Assembly: GCF_006345805.1 (NCBI RefSeq)
Contig: NC_043005.1
Location: 83,266,001 to 83,299,000 of the forward strand
Source of the DNA: Octopus sinensis
Taxonomy: Eukaryota
Reading direction: 5' to 3'
DNA length: 33,000 bases
The notes under the pieces are model-generated. The model searched no databases. It saw only the letters and a program-made list of their open reading frames with translations, and was not told where the DNA came from. Numbering within the stretch: position 1 is the first letter of the stretch; the number at the start of each line of letters is the position of its first letter. Of the stretch, positions 21,217 through 31,499 are shown piece by piece. Position numbers and translations under genes: made by a program.

Positions 21217-22278
21217 CCATTTTACATTTTAAATTTCGCATTGTTTTTTTGTTTTTTTATATTTTATCGACTACACAGTATTGTAGGGTAAGTTGGACAC
21301 CGTCTGTGAGAAAACCCAGCACTATGACTCAATTCACTCTGCCAGAAATTTGGAAACAACATGCTGTACTCCTTGACATTCGCGCCGGAAGCTCCAATAC
21401 GAACATTTCAGAGTGTTTGGGTGGAAATCTGAGGACAGTGCAGAGGATTCGGAAAGAGTTCGGTGTGTCTAATAGTGATTACGAAGGTACGGCAGATCGG
21501 AAAGCTCACTCTGATTGTTCTGATAAAAAAAGAACTCCTGAATTTGTTGATAAGAACCAGGCCATGGTTGACAGCGATCCCTTCAAGTCAATCAGGTCCA
21601 TCGCGAGGGGCATGAGAGTGTTTGAGTTCCTTATCAGGCAGGTAGTGCATGAAGACATTCAGTATTCTTCATAAGATGGGAAAGGCCAATATTTCTCCTT
21701 ACCCATCAAGGACAAGAGGAAAGACCGCGCTGCGAAGCTTTTCAACAAAATCAAGCATTCACTTCAACCGAACATGCTTTGATATTTCTCAGACGAAAAT
21801 AATTTCTGCCAGGATCAGATGGTGAACACACAGAACAACCGTTGGTTTGCTTTGTCCCCAAAACATGTACGCAAGCAGGAGAACCTGGTCATGGCTATCA
21901 GACAATTTCTGCGACCACATCACCCCTAACATCTGGCCACCTAACTCCCCAGACTGCAACCCCCTTGATTATAATGTGTGGGGTACAGTTGAGCGAGAGA
22001 CTAGCAAAATTCCTTGTGACACCAAAGATGAACTGAAGGCAAGGGTTATGGCAGCATTCACAAACTTAAACAAGGAGACCGTCCAGAAGAGTTGCAGGAT
22101 ATTCCGATGTCGTCTGGAGGCTGTGGTCGAAGATAATGGTGATTTTATTGTATAAATTTGCTCTTTAGTATTTCAAGAAATGTTTATGTAATTTTGGTAA
22201 ATATATCTGTTAAAATGAGATGTCAGTGTAATTTTCATTTTTGAGTAATTTAGATGACAATATATTCACCGCACCCAG
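21217..22278 (+). mobile_element. Tc1/mariner DD37D (maT-type) transposon copy 2, left TIR lost, right TIR plus TA present
   Basis: Collinear with 9398-10608; ends GATGACAATATATTCACCGCACCCAG|TA; starts right after (GT)n at 21102-21216. Confidence 0.9.
21324..22155 (+). pseudogene. inactivated DD37D transposase with internal deletion
   Basis: MTQFTLPEIWKQHAVLL...; FSDENNF (first Asp); WPPNSPDCNPLDYNVW (third Asp); ~210 bp including the second Asp deleted near 21870; stop at 21672-21674. Confidence 0.88.
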
Positions 22279-22307
22279 TATATAAATACATACACACACA
22301 CATACAC

Positions 22308-22308
22308 T

Positions 22309-22343
<35 letters not shown>

Positions 22344-22352
22344 TATATATAT

Positions 22353-22399
<47 letters not shown>

Positions 22400-22405
22400 A
22401 ATTAT
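22308..22405. repeat. (TA)n microsatellite
   Basis: Direct reading. Confidence 0.95.
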
Positions 22406-22921
22406 ACGTACACGCATACACACATACATATACATATATGTTGTGTGTTGATAGATACAAATAATTTGTGTATTCATCTTAGTGTATTAACTTTTAGCAA
22501 ACAACTCTAAGAGACAAAATTTCTATTTCTGAGTTTTATACGTTTGAAATGTAAAAACAGCTTAGCGTATTTGACACGAAGAAAAATAAATCTGGTTATA
22601 CATAAATCAAGATAAATATACATATTGTATATATTTAGCATTGCTGGACAAAGAACTTTGTTTCTGGTAAAATAACTGTGCAAATATATCCACGTCTTCT
22701 GTCTTCGTCAACAAATATAATAATGCATCAAATGTTTCGTGTACTAAATATAGACATTGGCTTCGGTGGGATTTTTTAAAATAATGTGTCCTGTAATCAC
22801 TTAACTGCATTTGAATAGTGTAGAACCATATACGTAAGAGCACAGCAGTCAAAAATCTATAGTTCATGTCTAATCAAAATATCAAGGAGTGATGTTTAAA
22901 GAGGCCACAGCCCATGGATAA

Positions 22922-23337
22922 CTAGACCATAGATGTAGAAAAGCTCTGAAGGAGGCCAAACTCAACATTAAGATCGTTGAAAAGCCAGGGAGCTCCATCA
23001 GATCACAACTATATGGGACACACCCCTTTGATAACTGCACGGTATGTAACATTAACCTTGGCATTAATTGTAGAACTAGAAATGTAGTCTACAGCATAAG
23101 GTGCATAGAGGGTACTTGTAAAGACAAGAACATAATATACGTAAGTGAGACATGTAGAAGCATTGCGGAGAGACTAGATCTTCCATACTCTACCAACATG
23201 CCAAAGACTAACATGGAGGCACACTGGGTCAACTTAACATCCGCATTTTATCCAAGCACCCGAAGGACCCAGTACTCAAACAAGAGTACGTCCTCATTAA
23301 TGAAACATCCCCAGTGCTAAATAGGAAATATACATAG
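22922..23337 (+). pseudogene. Penelope-like element GIY-YIG endonuclease remnant
   Basis: Open frame 22922-23320 without an early ATG: ...CTVCNINLGINCRTRNVVYSIRCIEGTCKDKNIIYVSETCRSIAERL. After a frameshift: LNIRILSKHPKDPVLKQEYVLINETSPVLNRKYT*. Confidence 0.82.
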
Positions 23338-23419
23338 AAGGTGTCATACCCCAATAACCACAGTTTATATAGACACACAAATCTATACGCAGGTACACAC
23401 AAACATGCATGCACACAAG

Positions 23420-23700
23420 GGGACAGAGATATGCACACAAATACACACACACACACACATACAGTCACACACACAAATATAAACACAAACACACACACAC
23501 ACACAAACACACAAATACACAAACATGAACACACAAGCACATGGATATGCAAAATGCATACATACAAACGTGCACACATGCATACATATATATGCATACA
23601 CACATACATGCATACACACATACATGCATACACACATACCTACATACATACATGTGTGTATACGCACGCACACTGACGCACACGCATGCGCACAAACAAA
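23420..23700. repeat. CA/CATA-rich low-complexity tract
   Basis: Direct reading; explains ORFs 23229-23767. Confidence 0.9.
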
Positions 23701-23980
23701 CAAAAAATGGAACGCAGTTCCGATAACGGACAAAATCAATGACTATTGAAAAGATTGCAAGACGCAACGAGAATTTTAGTAAAAATAAATAAGTTAATGA
23801 GTGGAAATCAGACCGGTTAGTGTGTTAAATTAATAAGACACTAAACGAGAATGGCGCTCCCCAGACATAATAAAGTATGCGCTTCAACACACGAATTTAC
23901 ATAAAGAATCTTGCAAACCAAATACAAAAACGAAACATATATACATATATATATATATATCTTTCATCATATAGATACAT

Positions 23981-24160
23981 CAGGTGGTGATCTGATAGCA
24001 CACCAGGCAAAATTCTTAGAGATATTTCTACCGGCTCAAATTCCCCCGAGGTCTACTTCGCTTTTCATTCTTTCGCGGTCAATGAAATAAGTACGAGCTG
24101 ATGTAATCGTAAGACACTCCCACCACAATTTCAGACATTGTGTTTATAGTAGAATAAATT
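23981..24160 (+). mobile_element. SINE family B, degenerate
   Basis: CTCAAATTCCCCCGAGGTCTACTTCGCTTTTCATTCTTTCGCGGTCAATGAAATAAGTAC and TTTCAGACATTGTGTTTATAGTAGAA tail. Confidence 0.7.
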
Positions 24161-24625
24161 ATACAGATACCTATGTATGGATACGTACATACATACAGAC
24201 AGCCAGCCAGACAGCCAGTCAGACAGACAGACAGACATAATTAAAAGACCGATTCTGGGAAGAAGCAAACACTACACAAAGGGAAAAGAAACGGAATTAA
24301 TATTAGTAGTACAATTGTTTTTTTGCGGGGGGGGGTATTCTTAGATGAAGAGTGAATATGGCCTTATAGTATTACCTTAAATAAAGAACTTTAAAGAAGA
24401 AATCTCTGTCAGTGAGATTAAATAAAGAAATGTAAAAATATAATTTTGACTCGAGATAACATACATCTGATTACATTTACTCAAAATATATATGTATATA
24501 TATATACATATATATCTAACTATACACGCAATATACTTGGCAAAGAACTTTGGCCCTAGCACAAAACCCGAAGCAGCTTACGAACTACTTTATAACGGCT
24601 TCTGACTTTGAAAAGAGATGGGAGT

Positions 24626-24789
24626 AGCTGATGTCATTGACCCCCCCCCCAGTACTTTAGTTTATCAAGTCTGGAGGGAGGTAAGCAAAATTGATCTCGT
24701 TGAGACTTGAACGCAAACCATAAGAGCCAGAACGAATGCAACAAAGCATTTTGACCGACGTTCTAACGATTCCGCAAGCTCGTCGCCTT
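24626..24789 (-). mobile_element. SINE family B, degenerate (tandem copy 1)
   Basis: AAGCATTTTGACCGACGTTCTAACGATTCCGCAAGCTCGTCGCC is the reverse complement of the family B head. Confidence 0.7.
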
Positions 24790-24800
24790 AAAATGCCCCC

Positions 24801-25002
24801 TGATTTAGGCACAAAGTTTGCAATTTCAAGAGAATAAGAGGGAGTTAGTCGATACCACTGATCTCCCTACAAGGCTGATACTTTATTTTATTCTTTCTGA
24901 AGCGATGAACGGCAAAGCTGACCTCGACAAGATTCGAACTCAGCAAGTAAAGAACCTGATTAACTACTGCAAAGCATTTTGTCTGACGCCAGCTCGTCAT
25001 CC
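24801..25002 (-). mobile_element. SINE family B, degenerate (tandem copy 2)
   Basis: GATTTAGGCACAAAG tail; GGCAAAGCTGACCTCGACAAGATTCGAACTCAG; AAGCATTTTGTCTGACGCCAGCTCGTC. Confidence 0.72.
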
Positions 25003-25019
25003 TAAATAATGGTTTGATT

Positions 25020-25209
25020 CAAACACAAAGTAATTTTGAGGTAAGTAGGTTCAGCGATACCATCAACACCAGTACAGGATTGGAACTTTGGTATATTAGC
25101 TCCAGAGGATGAAGGGCAAAGTTGACCTGAGCGATCTGAACTCATAACGAAAAGTAACTATAATGCCGTAGGGCATTTTTCCGACGCCCAATCTCTTCTC
25201 GTCGCCGTC
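25020..25209 (-). mobile_element. SINE family B, degenerate (tandem copy 3)
   Basis: GGATGAAGGGCAAAGTTGACCTGAGCGATCTGAACTCATAACG; GGGCATTTTTCCGACGCCC..CTCGTCGCC. Confidence 0.68.
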
Positions 25210-25324
25210 AGTAAGTAAAATAAAATATGGTTATACATACGTAAAAATATATACGTTTGCTCTATATATTCAATGTTGAACAACGCCTCCGGATTCCATG
25301 TCGATAACTTCTCCTCTTGGCTTC

Positions 25325-25480
25325 ATATCATCATCACCACCGGCAGCAGCAGCGTTTAACTTCCGTTTGCCACGCTCACATGGGTTGGACAATTCGACAG
25401 GAGGTGGCGAGCCAGAGGACTACGCCAAGCTCCAATATCTGCTTTGACATGGTTCCTATGGTTGAATGCACTTCATCACC
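25325..25480 (-). mobile_element. SINE/LINE 3' end with (GAT)n-type tail
   Basis: CATCATCACCACC..GTTTAACTTCCGTTTGCCACGCTCACATGGGTTGGAC..GGCTCCAAT-like..GGTTGAATGCACTTC resembles a common octopus RTE-related SINE 3' end (from recollection; single copy in this window). Confidence 0.5.
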
Positions 25481-25759
25481 CACAATTAAATAAAGTTATT
25501 GAACAAAAGGTTCAAAAATTTAAAGTAGGGTAAAATAGTGTTCTTCTCCACATAGAAAATAGTTTGAGTCATTTTGTCCTCACTATTGCTCAGTTACAGT
25601 ACTATTCTTCATGTTAACAGATAACGAAGTCCTTCTACAAAGACGGACCTTAGAACCTTGTATTGTGGTCGTGTTCTATCCCATAGAGGGACAGATATAT
25701 TATTAAAAATAAGCTTAATTCAAACTGGGAGTTGCAGATTTTGTAAGGTAACTTAACAT

Positions 25760-26140
25760 TTCTTAAAAGGAATGGGATTAGGATTTTGTCTTGTGGACTC
25801 TAAAATTAGACTTAGATAATAATAAATTTCTGCTTACGACGAAGGCGAAACTCCGGGTGGACTGTGCAAGACTAGTCCGAACATAGAGAGACGTTACAAA
25901 GAGAGATGTCGAGCAGAAATGGTACAAGACCGGGGTGTCATTCTCAGGTTTGATATCCCGAAGATGTTGGCAAACTGGACGACTAGACGCCGGTCGATTA
26001 GATCAATGTGCAGGAAGTGACAGAGAGAGTAAGAGGTGCAGTAGATCAAATTGCTAGATGTGCAGGTGAATGAGTTGGTGATATGGCAGAGGCGATGTTG
26101 GGTAACAATGAGGGTAATAGCGCTTGGAGAGTGTCTCACT
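25760..26140 (-). pseudogene. Penelope-like element GIY-YIG endonuclease remnant (second lineage)
   Basis: HITNSFTCTSSNLIYCTSYSLCHFLHIDLIDRRLVVQFANI (cf. FTCTSSNLIYCI.C..C..LYIG.T.RRL..RF.EH); shifted frames give DIKPENDTPVLYHFCS and RLRRKQKFII. Confidence 0.82.
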
Positions 26141-26147
26141 GTAATGG

Positions 26148-27250
26148 TTCAGAACATCAGGACAGCCTAATAAGACTTGTTATTGATCGTCTGGTCACGG
26201 GAAACAAACTCATCATAAATGATAAACACTTCCAATCGTCCAACACCGTCATGAGACATTTCTGTTGTGGTGAACAGATGATCCAAATTCACTGCGTTTT
26301 TATTACGATATAGTAGCGGTACGGCTACGTTTCATCAGTTCAGAAACTTTTTAAAAGCATTCGGATCATCAAACAGCTTTTCACTGCCTGAGCCTCGACT
26401 TTTTCTTTATGTTCATTTGTCAACAGATGTTTTCATATAACGATTTTACTTCTATAGTAATCCTTTGACACGAAATTTTGACAAATATCTACTTCTTTGG
26501 AAATTTCGCAAACAATAAGGCAACGATTTTCACGGACGACAGCAAGCAGTTTCGCAAAGCTGATAGTCATCTGCTGTCGTGGAAGGTCGTCCATATTTGA
26601 AAATGTCATTGATGGATGTTTTTCACGATTTGAAATGTTAGCACGAAACTCAACATTGCGTGAGACTCAATCATCTTCATGGGCCTTTTGGAACATTACA
26701 AAATACCTATTTCTTTATAACTCACAAGGGGCTAAACACAGAGGCGACAAACAAGGACAGACATAGGTATTAAGTCGATTACATCGACCCCAGTGCGTAA
26801 CTGGTACTTAATTTATCGACCCCGAAAGGATGACAAGCAAAGTCGACCTCGGCGGAATTCGAACTCACAACGTAACGCAGACGAAATACCGCTAAGCATT
26901 TCGCCCGGCGTGCTAACGTTTCTGCCAGCTCGCCGCCTTTAACATTACAAAATACCCTGTAAACTTTCTCTCCACTCTGAAACAGAAATTCACACAGTAC
27001 AAATTGCGGCAAATCTCCAAGATCACTAAACGTACTCTCACTTTAGCCCATGTCAATTCGTGACGTGGCTATCATCAAACTGAAGTTCAAGGTCACTCAT
27101 ACACAACACTGCAGCTGCGAGCATACTAAGGCTACGTTTTGCTTGAACATTTACCTGAACAAAATAATTATTCGGTTAACTATTTACATATCTCTAAGAA
27201 AAGCTTATTTGACTCAAGTAAAGGAATATTTATCGGTCCGCACCGGGTTT
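26148..27250 (-). mobile_element. mariner (DD34D-type) 5' portion, interrupted by a SINE and truncated
   Basis: Minus frames: YCVNFCFRVERKFTGYFVMFQKAH; VRENRCLIVCEISKEVDIC (HTH); LLTNEHKEK; TDET (first Asp motif); IIYDEFVSRDQTINNKSY (cf. HHEFVP.GQTVN...Y). The 5' boundary is approximate. Confidence 0.78.
26708..26940 (-). mobile_element. young full-length SINE family B with 16-bp TSD
   Basis: AACATTACAAAATACC flanks it at 26692-26707 and 26941-26956. Head GGCGGCGAGCTGGCAGAAACGTTAGCACGCCGGGCG; B-box GAGTTCGAATTCC. Confidence 0.95.
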
Positions 27251-27394
27251 AAGAAATAAGCATAATTCATGTATATTATGCTTTCTTTTGTTTTCATTTT
27301 GTTTTGTACCTTTTAAGTTTTACTTGTTGCAGTGATTGGACTGCAACACTACCTTGTAAGGATTAGTAGAACAAATCAACCTTAGAATTAATAT

Positions 27395-27805
27395 TTTTGT
27401 TAAGTCTGGTGCTTGTTCTGGTACTTATCGGGTTTTGTTGTTTTTTTGCCGAGCTATTAAATTGTGAGATGTAAACCAACTAACGCCAGTTCTCAAGTAG
27501 TGGAGGTACAAACACACACACACGCACGCACACACATAGGCATTCACATACATATACACACACATTATTTCGGGTTCAGTTCCACTATACGGCACCTTGG
27601 GCGTCTTCCACTATAACCTTACGCCGAACAATGACTTGTGAATGAATTTGGAATATGAAAACTGTAAAAACCCGTCCTGTGTATGTGTTGTTGTTGCTGT
27701 TAAGTTTGCTTCCCAAGCATGTAATTTTGAATTCAGTCCCACTGCTTGGCACCTTCTGTTTCTACAATAGCCCTACAGTGACCAAAGCCTTATGGATGGA
27801 GGTGA
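27395..27805. mobile_element. cluster of SINE family A fragments (minus tail plus two plus-strand heads)
   Basis: TTTTTGCCGAGCTATTAA..GTAAACCAAC (tail, -); TTCGGGTTCAGTTCCACTATACGGCACCTTGGGCGTCTTCCACTAT (+); GTTAAGTTTGCTTCCCAAGCATG..GAATTCAGTCCCACTGCTTGGCACCTT (+). Confidence 0.7.
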
Positions 27806-28259
27806 AAATTTTTCTGATAGTTTGGAATGAGAACTTAGAGTTAGAAATTTTCTAAATTTAAATCGTTAAGAGTTTTCTTTGTAAAATATTGCAGAAGCCA
27901 TAATATGCAGAATGCAAAATATAAAATGCTGATCTGTTATTTCATCTTTAAAAATATATATATTTGTACGGTTTCTACATTTATTCTTCAACTCGTATAA
28001 TGTTTTACACAAAGTATATGTCATAGGAATTTTCCTGGGGCCATAAGACAGTTATTTTTCGCAGAAATATTTGCGAGCTAAGACTTAAAATCAGAAGGAA
28101 GCAAATAAGATTCGAAAATATAGTCGAAAATAGTAATTTGCGTTACTTTCTTGATGTTTAACTGCGGATTGAAGAAACTGTTCATGTAAATTATAATCGT
28201 TTTAAGTCATCTTTTTGGCCGACAATTACAAAATGTTTAAGCCTGACAAAAAACAAACC

Positions 28260-28460
28260 CCCTCAAAGGGAAAATTAGCGATCTTTGGTTTTAGGTGGAT
28301 GAAATAAGCATCAGGAATGTTTTACACCTCGCAGAAACTGCAGGAGCAACTCAGAGGTTTTGCAAGCTCTTCCAAATCCATTGCAATGCGGGAAATCTTT
28401 CTGTATCATCAGCAGATATCTCGGGGTCACAAACGTTTTGCCCGCTAGCTTGATGTTAAT
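28260..28460 (-). pseudogene. possible decayed CR1/L2 RT fragment
   Basis: Minus frame ISADDTERFPALQWIWKSLQNL*...SARCKTFLMLI resembles FADDT...LQ.DL..L..W...N..KCK.L.I. Confidence 0.4.
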
Positions 28461-28571
28461 GAAACCAAAACAAAAATACAAAGATAGACCTAGATATCCC
28501 GCGTAAACGAAATGAATAAGTAAATAAGTAAATAAAGTGATACATTACATACTATGACAAATCTCTCTAAT

Positions 28572-28785
28572 GCGCCGAACTGGCAGAATCGTTAGCACGC
28601 CGGACAAAACCCTTAACGACATTACTTCCGGCTTTACTTTCAGAGTTCAAATTCCGCTATGTTCGACTTCACCCTTCGTTCTTTTGCAGTTGATAAAATA
28701 AGTACTCGTCAAGTACTCGGGTCGATAAAATAGGCAAACCCAACCCGCCAAAATTTCAGGCCTTGGACCTATAGCAGAAAGGATT
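28572..28785 (+). mobile_element. SINE family B
   Basis: GCGCCGAACTGGCAGAATCGTTAGCACGCCGGACAAAA..GAGTTCAAATTCCGC..GATAAAATAAGTAC..GGCCTTGGACCTATAGCAGAAAGGATT. Confidence 0.85.
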
Positions 28786-29035
28786 CTTACAGATTTCTCT
28801 TCTCAATGCTGAACAGCCTGAATTTTTTGAAGTTCTTAAGAGAAAGCATTTCTAATAATGTGTGTGTGTGTATTGAAGTGGTAGTAAATTGGAAATTCAT
28901 TTCGAAATATATGAAGTTATTCCGCTAGTATCGTAAGAAAAATAAAATTTCTTATCGAAAAAAAAGTATATTTTAAAGTAATTGCAAATTAAAAACTCAT
29001 ATAGAAATATATTTTCAAATATTTTTTATAAGCGA

Positions 29036-29063
29036 CTAGCAGAGATACCCGGCGTTGCTCGGG
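29036..29063 (-). mobile_element. Helitron 3' terminus (hairpin + CTAG)
   Basis: Minus strand CCCGAGCAACGCCGGG hairpin, 8-nt spacer, CTAG followed by T: the canonical Helitron 3' signature. Confidence 0.8.
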
Positions 29064-29089
29064 ATTAAAATGACATAGTTTTTCATTCT

Positions 29090-29258
29090 TTCACTTCTTT
29101 TCATTCATTTGACTGCGGCCATGCTGGAGCACCACTTTTAATCAAACAAATCGACCCCAGGACTTATTATCTGCAAGCCTAGTACATATTCTATCGGTCT
29201 CTTTTGCCGAATCGCTACTTACGGGGACATAAGCACACCATCATCGGTTGTGAAGCGG
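29090..29258 (-). mobile_element. SINE family A tail
   Basis: CATTTGACTGCGGCCATGCTGGAGCACC..ATCGACCCCAGGACTTAT..CTATCGGTCTCTTTTGCCGAA..TACGGGGACATAA, reverse complement of the 15680-15883 tail. Confidence 0.85.
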
Positions 29259-29749
29259 ATGGATCTTTTAGAATATACAAACCCAGGAGATTGCTGACTT
29301 CTACTGAGTTACTAGTCCCAAACTAGCCTCAAATAGCATATACAGAATCACCAAAAAATAGTATGGAATTTTAGTCTGTAGAATAAATTTTGTGTTGGTA
29401 TTCTAGATGGGGATAGTTAGTTCCGCTGAATCCAGTGATGTAATAAGAAAATATTTAATAATGGAATAAAAATGCAAAGTAGAAGTGAACAAACTATATA
29501 GTTGTTGTTTGTCAACCAAGTTATCTCTGATCCAACAGAACTATGATTAAAGGTATTACAGTTCTAGCCATGACATACATGTATTTTTAGAAAGTATCTT
29601 CTATGTTTTTATATGAAACCAATTAGCATAACATACTAATTGTAATGGGTAAAATGTACATATTGAAAACATAGAAAGATGCAAATAAATGTAACAGTAC
29701 CATCAACTAAAGAAAGCAAAATTAGAGAACTTCTATGTGATCACTTGAC

Positions 29750-29915
29750 TAGAAATCTCAGCATCAAGATACACTTTGCTGTCTTAAAATGAAAATGGCA
29801 CCCTGATAATGTGGTCTGGATATTCTATTCAAGAAAATCAGGAATGTTCATTGCTTGAACGGTTTTGATCATTAGTATGTACAATCACGGCTGATTTAAG
29901 AGAAGACCTCAACAA
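29750..29915 (+). mobile_element. SINE-like repeat family C, degenerate
   Basis: GCTGTCTTAAAA..GATAATGTGGTCTGGATA..GGAATGTTCATTGCTTGAACGGTTTTGATCATTAG, collinear with 885-1030; a further minus-strand tail at ~29500-29600. Confidence 0.5.
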
Positions 29916-30549
29916 GATGCAAATATATACATGAAATTGAAGTGAAAAATAAACCCCTACATTGTCCGTATCAGGCAAAACTGAACAGGACTAGGATGAA
30001 TCTAAATAAGGCCAAGACGGAACCCAAAAATTGAAAACTGTGCTAATCTAAAGAGTGAAACGGATTGTTTATTAACGTTGCTGTAAAATGGATGCTATGG
30101 AATTTTCAAAAGCTTGCCGTCTTAGGTATTTACCAACAAGAAACTAATGCCAAAATATAAAAGAGCAAGTGAAAAGCAGTAAATGCAGACTAAGCAGTGA
30201 ACACCAGAAAATAATTGGCCTTTGATAACGTTGCTTTAGGATGATTAGTCTTAACCAAGTCATAATTTACACATACGTTTAACTGAGTTGGTAGTTATAC
30301 TCATTGAGAAATCTATAAACACTAGCGAGTCAGGCCGGAAAACAAATGATGTAAACATTTCGTAAAAACAGTCATTAAAAGCAAATAAGTGTCAATACTT
30401 TGGGCTAAGTCTTTGCAAACAGATAGGGAAAGTAAAGCAACAGTCAGATATTATAAAATAATCAGTTGCGAAAGACTACCTCGTTATTGACATATTAACT
30501 TTTTTTTTGTCTGGCTTAAACATTATCCGATAGGAGGTTGAGAAACTAT

Positions 30550-30551
<2 letters not shown>

Positions 30552-30625
<74 letters not shown>
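30552..30625. repeat. (TA)n-(GA)n microsatellite
   Basis: Direct reading. Confidence 0.96.
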
Positions 30626-30628
<3 letters not shown>

Positions 30629-31499
30629 GTTCTTGTTTCACTACAAGTTAACTCTGATCGAGTAAACTTATAATCAAAATCATACCAGTTGTGACTACAC
30701 ACATACATGTATATATAACGTGTGTATGTGTATACATATGTATGCGTATATATGTGCTTGTACTTATGTATATGCGTATATATATGTGTGTATATATGTA
30801 TGTATGCGTGTATATGTATGTATCTATATGTTTTTTCTAATTTTTCCAAGCAATAAACCTCTAATGGCCCTTACTTCCACGTATGTACTAGCTTAGATTT
30901 CTACTTTGCACCATAAGTTTCAACACTTTTTTTTTTCGTATTCACAATGACACACAGTTCTAGAAAGATCTTGTTAATTTCAAGGTAGGGAGAATGTTTC
31001 TATAGATCTCTCTCGATCATGTTATCTCTAGTCAATTTATCACTGACTACCAGTTCGTTCTATGCCACAAAAGAAAATTACGATCTTCATTTAGACCCTC
31101 GTGCTCTGTCATCCTCTATATGGTGGTACTAGCTTGTGGCCACGCATATGATATACTAACTTGCGCTGGCTTTCTCATTCCGTCTTCAAAATTGAAAACA
31201 AAGTCACAGGTCCAATAAGTCATATTCCAGCAAGTTGATAAGATATCCCTTCACACATTGGCTAGACTATAGTTAGTAAATGCTAGCAAAAGAATTGCTA
31301 GTTTTGTCTGAGTTGCTCAATATAATGGGTGTTTTCACACATACATTGTGTGTGTATTGTTACTGTTTCTGTTATTGATATTGTTGTTACTATTATTGGT
31401 GTTATTTAAATTGACGTTTTTAAACACAAAAATTTTCCTGAAATATTTGTGGGCCTAACTCAGAATAAATGAGAGGAGAATATTCTACTTCAAAATAAT

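Noticed and set aside
25825-25885. GACGAAGG..GAAAC and GGACT/AGTCC hairpin resembling a ribozyme
   Set aside because: Explained by the antisense of the Penelope GIY-YIG coding end; CTGA box absent.
26332-26338. CTGATGA on the minus strand followed by a GTAGC/GCTAC hairpin
   Set aside because: These bases encode the mariner T-D-E motif, and no GAAA/stem III follows.
26497-26766. 89-aa plus-strand ORF
   Set aside because: Antisense shadow of the mariner remnant running into the SINE.
26708-26940. tRNA-like A/B boxes as tRNA genes
   Set aside because: No full cloverleaf or acceptor stem; they are SINE heads with SINE bodies and, here, a TSD.
28406-28412. CTGATGA on the minus strand
   Set aside because: Corresponds to A-D-D codons of a possible RT remnant; no hammerhead stems.
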